From the NCBI GenBank assembly GCA_038087875.1, contig JAXLNO010000316.1, forward strand, positions 1 through 64,000: DNA of 64,000 bases, in the 5' to 3' direction. Each line of letters opens with the position of its first letter. Position 1 is the stretch's first letter. This document shows positions 13,168 to 25,969 of this stretch, one piece after another. The notes below the pieces were generated by a model. The model was not told where the DNA came from. It ran no database searches and saw only the letters and a list, made by a program, of their open reading frames with translations. A program made the position numbers and the translations under genes. The stretch is from Malacoraja senta (Eukaryota).

Positions 13168-13910
13168 CAACAGAAGAGGTCCCAGCACAGAACCCTACAG
13201 AACTGCACTGATCACAGACCTCCATTCTGAATATTGTCCATCCTCCACAATATTCTGTATTCAATCAGTAAGCATTGATACTGAGAGTGGTGAGTCTGTG
13301 GAATTCTCTGCCTCAGAGGGCGGTGGAAGCAGGTTCTCTGGATGCTTTCAAGAGAGAGTTAGATAGGGCTCTTAAAAATAGCAGTGTCAGGGGATATGGG
13401 TAGAAGGCAGGAACGGGGTACTGATTGGGGATGATCAGCCATGATCACATTGAATGGCGGTGCTGGCTCGAAGGGCCAAATGGCCTACTCCTGCACCTAT
13501 TGTCTATTGTCTATAGTCTATTGATACAATCAAGTCACTATTAATCCGATGCATCTTTATCAACCTATCTTGGATCATCAAATGCATTACTAAAATCCAC
13601 GTAGACAACATCCACTGCCCTACCCTCAGTGATCATCATCTCCTCACAAACTCAATCAGGTTAGTAAGACACAACCTGCCATGTACAAAGCCATGTGCTG
13701 ACTGTCCCCGATTAACTCATTCTCCTTTAAATGGCAGTAAATCCTATCCCATGGTATTCTCTCCAATAGCTTCCCTTACACTGATGAGTTTCACTGGCAA
13801 GATCTTTGTCAAGGCTTTCCTGATCTCCACTCTTGCTTCTCTCAATAAAATGGGATAAATCCCATCAGCTTGAGGGGATTTATCCACCTTAATGCTCTTC
13901 AACACTTCCT
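12750..13910 (-). mobile_element. CR1 RT fragments with a (TA)n expansion and a nested + strand CR1 3' end (13280-13520)
   Basis: ORF 12748-13188 LGPLL..IY...DLD and GHSFKV; (TA)n at ~13132-13164. Confidence 0.8.
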
Positions 13911-13912
13911 AC

Positions 13913-15150
13913 CGTAACCATATCGAGAATAGAGTAGATCCAAGCACAGAGAGTGCACTGGTTGGTGAAAGTTAAAACTCAGAAGGGCTTCTACTTGAAT
14001 CGGGGTCATGAAAACAGGTCGCAGGGTCCAATCCAAAAGTACGCAGGCAGAGGAATTGAGGACCAGTCAATTTGCAGGTTATATTGGACAAACCTGGAGT
14101 AGCCAAGAATGAGGGGAAGTTTAGGAGAATCCATGAGTTGGATCATTTCAAAATGTTTAGCGCTAATTAAGTGCTTCCGTGGAATGGTTTGATTTTCTCT
14201 GACCGCAGAAGTCTGCCATCAAAAGCCGTGACTATTATGGGTTTATCAAGAGGAGTTAAAGGAATCCTCAATTTCTTTGCCTGAGAAATGTCGGAAATAT
14301 TTCCAGCAGACCCAGAATCACTGCAAGTCACGAGAGTCTGGCTGAGATCTCCCCCAGGAGATACCTGCCTTCAACAAGGTGCAGTTTGTACTGAGGTTGG
14401 GAGAATTAATCAGATCCATCAGTATTCTAGCTTTTTCCTTAAGCTTGGGGCAAGGTAATTCAAAATGGCCTGAATGCCCACAATAAAGACAGCATTTTTC
14501 TTCCAATGTTTCCTATGTTTCTGGAAAAGAGTCTGGTTTGACCAAGCTACATGGGTTTCTTAAAGGGGAATACAAATGTATTCAGGCAGAAACTAGGTGG
14601 ATATTCATAACTTTTTTCTCTCTCTCTATCTCACTCACGCAGGCAATTAACTCCATAGATGGCTAGAGACATGAGAAAATCCAAGCCCTTTGCGAAGTGT
14701 CTTGATGAGACCAGAGGTCCACGTTGGAAAGTGGAGAATAACGCATTCCAATCGCTCCCAGCAGCAAGTGTGAATACTCCACCACACTGTGGGAAACCTG
14801 GCGTACTTGAAGCAATCGGTTCGCTGCCTCTCGACAGCTGACTGAGTGACTGAACACTCATCTCATCTCATCAGTGAACTGTAGAATGTTTGAGCAGTAA
14901 GGAAACTGTCTGCTGCTTCCAAACAGCTGTTGCCCAGGCGAGTGAGCAGCGACACAATGTAGGCAACCTTGGAACGATCGGTACTGAACATGGATGGCTG
15001 AAGCTCGCGGGGCAGAGAGTACTTGATGAGCAAGGTTCAGCATTTATCTGGGTGACTGTCGTAACGGTAAAGGTAGCTGGGGCTCGCTGCTGGGTTGAGT
15101 AACAGAAACGGTAGAATCAAGTGTTGTTGTCGAAGTCATCAGGTCAGAAG
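13913..15150 (-). mobile_element. gag: Ty3/Gypsy (Sushi-like) remnant: gag, zinc knuckle, protease-region start and LTR piece
   Basis: FSTDRSKVAYIVSLL and AWATAVW retrotrans-gag motifs; FTLAAGSDWN..LDFLMSLAI; CLYCGHSGHFELPCP CCHC knuckle. 13925-14040 is similar to the LTR at 19800-20219. Confidence 0.8.
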
Positions 15151-15152
15151 CG

Positions 15153-15715
15153 ATATGAGTATTGCGTACAGTTTTGGTCTCCTAATCTGAGGAAGGACAT
15201 TCTTGCCATAGAGGGAGTACAGAGAAGGTTCACCAGACTGATTCCTGGGATGTCCGGACTTTCATATGAAGAAAGACTGGATAGACTCGGCTTGTACTCG
15301 CTAGAATTTAGAAGATTGAGGGGGGATCTTATAGAAACTTACAAAATCCTTCAGGGGTTGGACAGGCTAGATGCAGGAAGATTGTTCCCGATGTTGGGGA
15401 AGTCCAGAACAAGGGGTCACAGTTTAAGGATAAAGGGGAAATCTTTTAGGACTGAGATGAGAAAAACATTTTTTACACAGAGTGGTGAATCTCAGGAATT
15501 CTCTGCCATAGATTGCAGTTGAGGCCAGTTCATTGGCTATATTTAAGAGGGAGTTAGATGTGGCCCTTGTGGCTAAAGGGATCAGGGGGTATGGAGAGAA
15601 AGCAGGTACAGGATACTGAGTTGGATGATCAGCCATGATCAAATTGAATGGCGGTGCATGGTCGAAGCCCGAATGGCCCACTCCTGCACCTATTTTTGAT
15701 GTTTTTATGTTTCTA
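15153..15715 (+). mobile_element. 5'-truncated CR1
   Basis: ORF 15121-15522 EYCVQFWSP...LGLYSLEFRRLRGDLIETYK; 3'UTR and ATGTTTCT tail. Confidence 0.93.
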
Positions 15716-16640
15716 TCTATCTCTCCCTCCGAACCCCATTCTCCTGCCTTCTCCCCACAACCTCTGACACGTGTACTAATCAAAAATCCATCTATCTCTG
15801 CCTTAAAAAAATATCCACTGACTTGGCCTCCACAGCCTTCTGTGGCAAATAATTTGACAGATTCACCAACCTCCGACTAAATAGATTTATCCTCATCTCC
15901 TTCATAAAAGGTCCTTTGATTTTAAGGCTATGACCTCTTGCCCTAGACTCTCCCACTAGTGGAAACATCCTCTCCACATCCACTCTATTCTGTACGTATC
16001 AATGAGGTCCCCCTCATTCTTCTAAACTCCAGCGAATACAGGCCCAGTGCTGACAAACGCCCATCATAGGCTAAGCTACACATTCCTGGGATCATTCTTG
16101 TAAACCTTGTCTGGACCCTCTCCACAGCCAGCGCATCCTTCCTCAGATATGGTGTCCAATATTGCTCACAATATTCCAAATGTGGCTTTACCAGCACCTT
16201 ATAGAGCCCTAGCATGCATCCCTGTTTTTATATACAAGCCCTCTTAAAATAAATGCCAGCATTGAGTTTGCTTTCTTTACTCCTGATTCAATTTCGAGAT
16301 TAACTTTTTGGGAATCCTGCACCAGCTCCCATGTTCCTTTGCACTTCCGATTTCTGGATTCTCTCCCCATTTAGAAAATAGTCCACACCATTATTCCTAC
16401 TACCAAAATGCATGACTCCACACTTTGCTACACTATATTCCATCTGCCACCTCTCTGCCCATTTCCCCAACCAGTCCAAATCCTTCTGCAGAGTCCCTGC
16501 TTTCTCTACAGTACCTGCCCTTCCAACAATTTCCGTATCATCTGGAAACTTGGCCACAAAGCCTTCAATGCCCTCATCCAAATCATTAATATACAAAGTG
16601 AAGAGAAGCAGCCCCAACACCCACCCCTGCGGAACTCCTT
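15716..16640 (-). mobile_element. CR1 RT C-terminal fragment
   Basis: GVPQG.VLG.LLFTLYINDLD, KF.DDT and VKPHLEYC motifs in the minus-strand ORFs. Confidence 0.92.
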
Positions 16641-16850
16641 TGTCTGTCCTGCTATTTACTTCTTCAAAGAAGTGGCGGCTGGTGTTGAACTTGCCTGTCA
16701 CTGGCTCTGTTGGAAAGCCTCAGTCAAAGACTGCAGGTTGTGGAGAATGTCGTGAAGCAGCTGTTGGTTCCTCCAGACCATAGCTCCTTGGTTGGCCAGA
16801 GCAGAACAGAGGTGGTTAATCTCTGCTGTCTCCATGTTTGGCCCAGTCTT
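16640..16850 (-). mobile_element. Gypsy gag N-terminal fragment (partly duplicated at 21916-22057)
   Basis: METAEINHLCSALANQGAMVWRNQQLLHDIL resembles the coiled-coil N-terminus of Sushi-like gag. Confidence 0.5.
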
Positions 16851-17500
16851 CATAAGATCATGTGATATGAGTAGAATTAGGCCATTCAGCTCGTCTACTC
16901 TGCCATACAATCATGGCTGATGTACCTCTTCCTCCTAACCCCATTCTCCTGCCTTCTCCCCATAATTTCTGACATCCGTACTAATCAAGAATGTATCTAT
17001 CTCTGCCTTAAATATATCCACTGACTTTGCTTCTGCAGCATTCTGTAGCAAAGAATTCCACAGATTCTGCACCCTCTGACTAAAGAAATTCCTCCTCATC
17101 TCCTTCATAAAATAATGTCCTTTAATTCTGAGGCTATGACCTCCAGTCCTAGACTCTCCCACAAGTGAACATGTCCTCTCTATATCCACTCTATCCAAAC
17201 CTTTCACTATGCTATAAGTTTCAATGAGGAACACACCCTCCCATCATTCTTCTAAACTCCAGCAAATATAGGCACAGTGACATTAATCACTCATCGTATG
17301 TTAACCCACCCTTTCCTGGGATCCTGGAATCCCTGGGATCATTCTTGTAAACCTCCTCTGGACCCTCTACAGAACCAACACATCCTTCCTCAGATATGGT
17401 GCCCAAAATTGCTCACAATATTCCAAATAGGGCCTGACCAGCGCTGTATAGAGCCTCCACATTATATCCCTGTTTTTGTATACAAGCCCTCTCGAAATAA
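16850..17500 (-). mobile_element. CR1 3' fragment (copy at 22057-22707)
   Basis: ORF 16935-17234 LIETYSIVKGLDRV...RVQNLWNSL...YGEKAG. Confidence 0.92.
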
Positions 17501-17696
17501 TGAAACATCACCTGTTCTTTTTCTTCAGAAATGCTGCCCAAGCCGCCAAGTTACTCCAACATTTTGTGTCTATCTTCGGTGTATACCAGCAACTGCAGTT
17601 CCCTCCTACACATTTTGTTTGCACTTTGATTAATTTGGGCCTGTTAACCAAATCTTCCTTCATCCTACGATAATTTTTAGCATAGTTCCTATCAAC

Positions 17697-19740
17697 TTCT
17701 TCAGCATAGTGGCGAGGCGGCTGACAAACTTACTTTCCAGCAATGGCTACATCGACAGCTCAGTGCAAAAGGGCGGCTTATCTAGAGTTCCGGGGTGTCT
17801 AGAGCACATGGGATTGGTGACCCAGCTCATCAGAGAAGCCAGGGAGAACAAGGGAGACGTGACAGTGCTCTGGCTTGACCTGGCCAACGCCTATGGCTCC
17901 TTCCCACACAAGCTGATCCGACAGTCATGGCCAAGCATCATGTGCCGGGCCAAGTGGCAGATCCCATCCTGGACTATTACAACCAGTTCAGCATGAGAGT
18001 CTCATCAGGGTCAGTAACATCAGAGTGGCACAGACTGGAGGTTGGGATCATCACAGGCTGTACCATCTCTGTGGTCCTTTTTGCCTTGTCGATGAACATG
18101 ATCGTCAAGTCTGCTGAGCCAGAGTGCCGGGGCCCTCGGACCAAGTCAGGAGTGCGCCAACGACCAATCAGAGCCTTCATGGACGACCTGACTGTCACCA
18201 CTGAGTCATTGCCAGGAGGCAGGTGGATCCTGCAGGGGTTGGAGAAACTGATTGGATGGGCAAGGATGAGGTTTAAGCCAGGAAAATCAAGGTGACTGGT
18301 GCTGAAGAAGGGCAAAGTCATGGACAGGTTCCGCTTCAGTACGAAGGGGCACCAACCCTAATTGTCTCCGAAAAGCCAGTGAAGTGTCTTGGCAAGGTGT
18401 TTAACAGCAGCCTGAAGGATACAGCATCAGTCCAGGCAACCTGTCAGGAGTTGGAGAGCTGGTTGAGAGCCGTGGACCGGCCGGGGCTTCCCGGCAAGTT
18501 CAAGGCATGGATTTACCAGCATGGTATCTTGCCAAGGATACTCTGGCCACCGCTTGTTTATGAAGTCCCAATATCCATCAAAGAGAGATTGTAGAGGAAA
18601 GTCAGCAGCTTTTTCAGGAGGTGGCTGGGACTGCCCAGGAGCCTTAGCAGCATCGCCCTTTACGGAAATAACACCAAGCTCCAGCTGCCTCTGAAGTCCC
18701 TGGGGGAGGAGTTTAAGGTGACTCGGGCCAGAGTGGTGATGCTGTACATGGACTCCAGCGACCCCAAGGTGGCTCAGGCAGTGGTGGAGGTGAAAACTGG
18801 GAGGAAGCGGAGAGCCGGCGAAGCCGTGCTGGAAGGAGAGCCTCGGATACGCTACAGAGTTCTGATGGGAGCAGTGACTCGGGGAAGAGCTGGTGTGGGA
18901 ATATTCCCAACTCCCCAGTTTGACAAGGCCAAGGGGAAGGAGAGCCGCAGGCTGGTCCAGGAGGAAGTGAGGGCAGCGGTGAAGGAGAAGAGGTCTAGCA
19001 GAGTGGTTGGCTAGGGGCAGCTGGGAGCCTGGACAAGGTGGGAGCAGGCCATGGACCGAAAAGTCACATGGACTGAGCTCTGGCAGGCTGAAACACAGTG
19101 CATCAAGTTCTTGGTCCAGGCAGTGTACGATATCTTGCCCAACCCATCGAACCTCTTCATCCGGGGCAAAGCGGAATCTCCGGATTGCCCGCAATGCCCA
19201 GTCAACAGAACGTTGGAACACATCCTGAGCTGCTGCCCAAAGGCTCTTGGGCAGGGCTGGTACACCTGGCGTCACGACCAGGTTCTTAAACCCATTGCAG
19301 AAGTCATCAGCGTGGGAATCAGCAGCTGCAGACGAGCACGCCCCACCACCCAGATTATCACGTTCATGAAGGCCGGAGTGCAGCTGCCAAGAACCACAGT
19401 CGTCAGGAATTTGTCAGGCATCCTGGCGACTGTGCAGGACTGGCAGCTTTCTGTAGACCTGGTGAAACAGCTGAAGTTCGCACAGCACATTGCCACGACC
19501 ACTCTGAGGCCAGACATCCACCTGGTCTCAGAGGCGCGGAGAAGGCCTCGAGATGGCTCTGGATCAGGAGAGGAGGTCCATGAGGAGGAGCGAATGCCAC
19601 CTGAACACAAGTCGTGGTCTGAGCAACCACGGCTGGGTCGCCTGGGTGAGGGTGTCTGATGTTGAAAGACCCGAAACACCCAATGACCCCCATGTTACAT
19701 CACTGATGATGTGTTCAGGAGCATCAATAGATGTATTTTT
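17697..19740 (+). mobile_element. HERO-clade non-LTR retrotransposon (RT + zinc knuckle; RLE partly deleted), copy A
   Basis: QKGG..VPGCLEH, WLDLANAYGS.PH, GIITGCTISV, RAFMDDLTV, CPQC..TLEHILSCC, WRHDQVL, LRPD; stops and frameshifts present. Confidence 0.9.
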
Positions 19741-19799
19741 TATCTATCAGGCTGTAAAGAGTTTGATCGGAGGGGGTAAGATTTGAAAATAAACTCTTC

Positions 19800-20219
19800 T
19801 GTCATTGTTCCCATCCCTGTCTTGCCGGAACAGGTATGAAAGCAGAGTAGACCCAAGCACCGAGGGCACACAGGAGCCAGGAACAAATTAAACCACAGAA
19901 GGGATTTTACTGGAATAGTGGTCGTAAGCAGACCACAGGGTCAAAATCAAAACATTTGCAGCAAGAGGAATCAAATTCGAGAGATCAGACCAAAGGTCAA
20001 AACCACAAGTAAAGGTGAACAAGAGAACAAGAAACAGCCAGCAAAAATCCAAGACAAAGCACCAACAGAGACAAACATCAGAACTTAAAAAGGGAACTCA
20101 GACAGTAACACAAATAATGACACACAGGTGAAAATACCTAAAACAGGACAAACACAAAAGAGAACACAGACTATGCCACCCTCAAGTGGTCAGCAGAGGA
20201 ATTAGCAGGCAGTGTGACA
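19800..20219 (-). mobile_element. Gypsy solo LTR, copy A
   Basis: TGTCA...TGACA termini; 5-bp TSD TCTTC/CCTTC (one mismatch). Confidence 0.8.
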
Positions 20220-20254
20220 CCTTCTGAATCTCAAACATCCCCAGCCGATTGGTG

Positions 20255-20425
20255 TTAGTTTAGTTTGGTATTGGTTAGAGATACAGTGTGGATGCAGGCC
20301 CTTCGACACACCGAAACCAAACCCGGGTCTCTGGCGCAGTAAGGCAGCAACTCTACTGCCGCACCACCGTGTCGCCCTAAGTTTAGTTTAGTTTAGTTGA
20401 GAGGTGCAGTGTGGAAACGGGTGGG
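20255..20425 (-). mobile_element. HE1-like V-SINE fragments
   Basis: (TTTAG)n tail with GAGATACAG and tRNA-like head; match to 35362-35670. Confidence 0.7.
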
Positions 20426-20589
20426 TTTACACTAAAATGTGTGGGGGGGGTGAGTCAACAACATGGAAGCGTATCTGAGCAGCTAACGGGAAAGAGAGTG
20501 TAGGAAAGGTCACATTTAAACTAACAGGGCAGGGGGATGGGGCCCAATGCAAGCAGACAGAAGGCCATAAAAGGAGGACAGAAGCAAAA

Positions 20590-21047
20590 GTTAGAAGGGA
20601 GATAAGAAAAACTAACCTGAAAACTTTGTGCCTTAATGCGATGAGCATTTGAAAATAGGTGGATGAATTGAATGCGCAATTAGTAGTTAAGGGATATGAT
20701 ATAGTTGGAATTATGGAGACATGGCTCCAGGGTGACCAAGGCAGGGAACTAAACATGCAGGGGTGGTCGATATTCAGGAATGATAGACAGAAACAAAGAG
20801 GAAGTGGGGTGGCATAGCTGGTTAAAGAGGTGATTAATGCAATAGCAAGGAGAGACATTAGCTTGGATGCTGTAGAATCGATATGGGTAGATCTGCGAAA
20901 TAGCCAAGAGCAAAACACGCTTGTTGGAGTTGTATACAGACCAGCAAACAGCAGTAGAGAGGTTGGGGACAGCATCAAGCAGGAAATTAGGGCTGCGTGT
21001 AGCAAAGGTACAGGGGATATCATGGGTAATTTTAATCTAAATATAGA
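20590..21047 (+). mobile_element. CR1 ORF2 APE N-terminus, truncated at the duplication junction
   Basis: LNAMSI, YDIVGI.ETWL, GVVYRP, MGNFNL motifs. Confidence 0.88.
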
Positions 21048-21915
21048 CTTCTTCTTTGTACTAGGGGGCGCCGTCCTGTGTGGTATGGCTGCCCAGCTTG
21101 CAGCTGTCCGTTTCATCTTTTTTCTTATTTTTAGTTAGTTAGTTGTTTTGTTTTTTAGGAGTTCTATTCTTATTTATGTGGGGGGTGGAGGGGGGAAGGG
21201 GCAAACTACTTTCTAGGGTCCCTACCTGGTCGGAGAGGCAGCTTTTCTCCGGGCTGCACCTCCGACCCGTCCTCGCGGCCTACCAGCGGGCCTGGAGCAG
21301 CGTTTCCTGAGGGGACTGCCCAGGACCTCGGCTTCGGTGGCGGCACAGTGCTGGAGCGCTATCGCGGAGCGGAGCGGGCGATGCCTTGCCCGGGTCGCCG
21401 CGCTGGAACTCCGGTATGCTGGGACCGCCGGTGAAACATCGCAGAGGTGCAGGTCTGTGGAGCGGCCAGCCGCGGGCGGCAGTGCTGTACTTTACATCGG
21501 GAGCCTGGGATCTCTCGTGGAGATCGCCAGTGTTGGAGCTCCACTCAGCGCGGCCTGTTGGCTTCGGAAGCCATGGTCTACAGTAAGGAGGCGGCCGTTC
21601 CAGGTGTCCCAAGACGCTGAAAGGATTCTCCCGACGCCGGAGCACCATCACCCGGCGAGAACGGCCTGGAACATCGGGCCTCCGTGAAGGCAACTGTGGA
21701 GGCCTCAATAGGCCCGACTATGGGTGGACATGGGATGGGGACTGGACTTTATGCCTGCCCCCACAGTGGGAACCATTGTGGGGGATGTTTTTATGTTTTA
21801 TGTTACATTTCTTTCTTTAATGTTGTGTCTATTTGTGCTGCATGGCAAGACACATTTCACTGCACCATTTGGTGTATGTGACAATAAATGTCCTTTGTCC
21901 TTTGTCCTTTGTCCC
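21048..21915 (+). mobile_element. GC-rich non-autonomous retroelement with a Rex1/RTE-type 3' tail
   Basis: Ends ATTTCACTGCACC..GGTGTATGTGACAATAAA(TGTCCTT)n; no coding capacity; 5' head resembles that of the 45391-46246 element. Confidence 0.7.
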
Positions 21916-22902
21916 GTTGGAAAGCCTCAGTCAAAGACTGCAGGTTGTGGAGAATGTCGTGAAGCAGCTGTTGGTTCCTCCAGACCATAGCTCCTTGGTC
22001 GGCCAGAGCAGAACAGAGGTGGTTAATCTCTGCTGTCTCCATGTTTGGCCCAGTCTTCATAAGAACATGTGATATGAGTAGAATTAGGCCATTCAGCTCG
22101 TCTACTCTGCCATACAATCATGGCTGATGTACATCTTCCTCCTAACCCCGTTCTCCTGCCTTCTCCCCATAATTTCTGACATCCATACTAATCATGAATG
22201 TATCTATCTCTGCCTTAAATAGATCCACTGACTTTGCCTCCGCAGCATTCTGTAGCAAAGAATTCCACAGATTCTGCACCCTCTGACTAAAGAAATCCCT
22301 CCTCATCTCCTTCATAAAATAATGTCCTTTAATTCTGAGGCTATGACCTCCAGTCCTAGACTCTCCCACAAGTGGACATGTCCTCTCTATATCCAATCTA
22401 TCCAATTCTTTCACTATGCTATAAGTTTCAATCAGGAACACTCCCTCCCATCATTCTTCTAAACTCCAGCAAATATAGGCCCAGTGAAATTAATCACCCA
22501 TCGTATGTTAACCCACCCTTTCCTGGGATCCTGGAATCCCTGGGATCATTCTTGTAAACCTCCTCTGGACCCTCTACAGAACCAGCACATTCTTCCTCAG
22601 ATATGGTGCCCAAAATTGCTCACAATATTCCAAATAGGCCTGACCAGCGCTGTATAGAGCCTCCACATTATATCCCTGTATTTGTATACAAGCCCTCTCG
22701 AAATAATGAAACCTCACCTGTTCTTTTTCTTCAGAAATGCTGCCCAAGCCGCCAAGTTACTCCAGCATTTTGTGTCTATCTTCGGTGTATACCAGCAACT
22801 GCAGTTCCCTCCCACACATTTTGTTTGCACTTTGATTAATTTGGGCCTGTGAAACAAATCTTCCCTCATCCTACGATTATTTTTAGCATAGATCCTACGA
22901 AC

Positions 22903-25190
22903 TCCTTCAGCATAGTGGCGAGGCGGCTGACCAACTTCCTTTGCAGCAATGGCTACATCGACAGCTCAGTGCAAAAGGGAGGCTTATCTAGAGTGCCGGG
23001 GTGTCAAGAGCACATGGGATTGGTGACCCAGCTCATCAGAGAAGCCAGGGAGAACAAGGGGGACCTGACAGTGCTCTGGCTTGACCTGGCTAACGCCTAT
23101 GGCTCCTTCCCACATCCGACAGTCATGGCCAAGCACCATGTGCCGGGCCAAGTGGCAGATCTCATCCTGGACTATTACAACCAGTTCAGCATGAGAGTCT
23201 CATCAGGGTCAGTAACATCAGAGTGGCACAGACTGGAGTTTGGGATCATCACAGGCTGTACCATCTCTGTGGTCCTTTTTGCCTTGGCGATGAACATGAT
23301 TGTCAAGTCTGCTGAGCCAGAGTGCCGGGGCCCTCGGACCAAGTCAGGAGTGCGCCAATCACGAATCAGAGCCTTCATGGACGACCTGACTGTCACCACT
23401 GAGTCATTGCCAGGAGGCAGGTGGATCCTGCAGGGGTTGGAGAAACTGATTGGATGGGCAAGGATGAGCTTTAAGCCAGGAAAATCAAGGTGACTGGTGC
23501 TGAAGAAGGGCAAAGTAATGGACAGGTTCCGCTTCAGCACGAAGGGACACCAATCCTAATTGTCTCCGAAAAGCCAGTGAAGAGTCTTGGCAAGGTGTTT
23601 AACAGCAGCCTGAAGGATACAGCATCAGTCCAGGCAACCTGTCAGGAGTTGGAGAGCTGGTTGAGAGCCGTGGACCGGCCGGGGCTTCCCGGCAAGTTCA
23701 AGGCATGGATTTACCAGCCTGGTATCTTGCCAAGGATACTCTGGCCACCGCTTGTTTACGAAGTCCCAATATCCATCAAAGAGAGATTGGAGAGGAAAGT
23801 CAGCAGCTTTTTCAGGAGGTGGCTGGGACAGCCCAGGAGCCTTAGCAGCATCGCCCTTTATGGAAATAATACCAAGCACCAGCTGCCCCTGAAGTCCCTG
23901 GGGGAGGAGTTTAAGGTGACTCAGGCCAGAGTGGTGATGCTGTACAGGGACTCCAGCGATCCCAAGGTGGCTCAGGCAGTGGTGGAGGTGAAAACTGGGA
24001 GGAAGCGGAGAGCCGGCGAAGCCGTGCTGGAAGGAGAGTCTCGGATACGCCATGGAGTCCTGGTGGGAGCAGTGACTCCGGGAAGAGCTGGTGTGGGAAT
24101 CTTCCCAACTCCCCAGTTTGACAAGGCCAAAGGGAAGGAGAGCCGCGGGCTGGTCCAGGAGGAAGTGAGGGCAGCGGTGAAGGAGGAGAGGTCTAGCAGA
24201 GTGGTTGGCTAGAGGCAGCAGGGAGCCTGGACAAGGTGGGAGCAGGCCATGTACCGAAAAGCCACATGGACTGAGCTCTGGCAGGCTGAAACACAGTGCA
24301 TCAAGTTCTTGGTCCAGGCAGTGTACGATATCTTGCCCAACCCATCGAACCTCTTCATCTGGGGCAAAGCGGAATCTCCGGATTGCCCGCAATGCCCAGT
24401 CAACAGAACGTTGGAACACATCCTGAGCTGCTGCCCAAAGGCTCTTGGGAAGGGCTGGTACACCTGGCGTCACGACCAGGTTCTTAAACCCATTGCAGAA
24501 GTCATTAGCAAGGGAATCAGCAGCTGCAGACGAGCACGCCCCACCACCCAGATGATCACGTTCGTGAAGGCCGGAGTGCAGCTGCCAAGAACCACAGCCG
24601 TCAGGAATCTGTCAGGCATCCTGGCGACTGTGCAGGACTGGCAGCTTTCTGTCGACCTGGTGAAACAGCTGAGGTTCGCACAGCACATTGCCACGACCAC
24701 CCTGAGGCCAGACATCCACCTGGTCTCAGAGGCGAACAAAAACATCCACTTTTTGAAACTGACAGTGCCGTGGGAGGACCGTCTGGAGGAGGCCCACGAG
24801 AGGAAGATGACCAAGTACGAAGAGCTGGTCATAGACTGCCATAAGCAGGGCTGGAAGGCAAGGTGTATGCCCATTGAGGTTGGCTGCAGAGGTTTTGCAG
24901 GGCAATTGCTCTACAAAGCCTTGAGTGCACTGGGCATCAACGGAATGGAGAGGAGAAGAGCCATCAAGAACACTACAGAGGCAACGGAGAAGGCCTCGAG
25001 ATGGCTCTGGATCAGGAGAGGGGGTCCATGAGGAGGAGCAAATGCCACCTGAACACAAGTCGTGGTCTGAGCAACCACGGCTGGGTCACCTGGGTGAGGG
25101 TGTCTGATGTTGAAAGACCCGAAACACCCAATGACCCCCATGTTACATCACTGATGATGTGTTCAGGAGCATAAATAGATGTATTTTTTA
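22903..25190 (+). mobile_element. HERO-clade non-LTR retrotransposon with RLE region, copy B
   Basis: As copy A, plus RPD..LTVPWE..ERK..KY..L and PIEVGCRGF restriction-like endonuclease motifs (ORF 24249-25031). Confidence 0.92.
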
Positions 25191-25247
25191 TCTATCAGGC
25201 TGTAAAGAGTTTGATGGGAGGGGGTAAGATTTGAAAATAAACTCTTC

Positions 25248-25667
25248 TGTCATTGTTCCCATCCCTGTCTTGCCAGAACAGGCATGAAAGCAGAGTAGAC
25301 CCAAGCACAGAGGGCACACAGGAGCCAGGAACAAGTTAAAACACAGAAGGGATTTTACTGGAATAGTGGTCGTAAGCAGACCACAGGGTCAAAATCCACA
25401 CATTTGCAGCAAGAGGAATCAAATTCAAGAGATCAGACCAAAGGTCAAAACCACAAGTAAAGGTGAACAAGAGAACAAGAAACAGCCAGCAAAAATTCAA
25501 GACAAAGCACCAACAGAGACAAACATCAGAACTTAAAAAGGGAACTCAGACAGTAACACAAATAATGACACACAGGTGACAATACCTAAAACAGGATAAA
25601 CACAAAAGAGAACACAGATTATGCCACCCTCAAGTGGTCAGCAGAGGAATTAGCAGGCAGTGTGACA
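25248..25667 (-). mobile_element. Gypsy solo LTR, copy B
   Basis: TGTCA...TGACA termini with the same TCTTC/CCTTC flanks. Confidence 0.8.
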
Positions 25668-25969
25668 CCTTCTGAATCTCAAAAAAAACCAGCCGATTGG
25701 TGTTAGTTTAGATTAGTATTGGTTAGAGATACAGTGTGGAAGCAGGCCCTTCGACACACCGAAACCAAACCCGGGTCTCTGGCGCTGTAAGGCCGCAACT
25801 CTACTGCTGCACCACCGTGGAGTCAGCAACGTGGAAGCGTATCCGTGCTGCTCACGGGAAATAGAGTGTTGGAAAGGTCACATTTAAACTAACAGGGCAG
25901 GGGGATGGGGCCCAATGCAAGCAGACAGTGGGCCATAAAATGAGGACAGAAGCAAAAGTTAGAAGGGAG

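Larger units (their letters stand above)
16709..21047. repeat. Tandem segmental duplication, copy A
   Basis: Colinear and highly similar to 21916-26415: gag piece, CR1, Penelope piece, HERO, solo LTR, SINE, CR1 APE in the same order. Confidence 0.95.

Noticed and set aside
18427..19275. 282-aa minus-strand ORF, also at 23625-24473
   Set aside because: Antisense shadow of the GC-rich HERO coding strand; its retention in both copies reflects the duplication.
19650..19715. CTGATG/GAAAC/CTGATGA motifs in the HERO 3' UTR as a hammerhead
   Set aside because: The core elements cannot be arranged with valid stems I-III.
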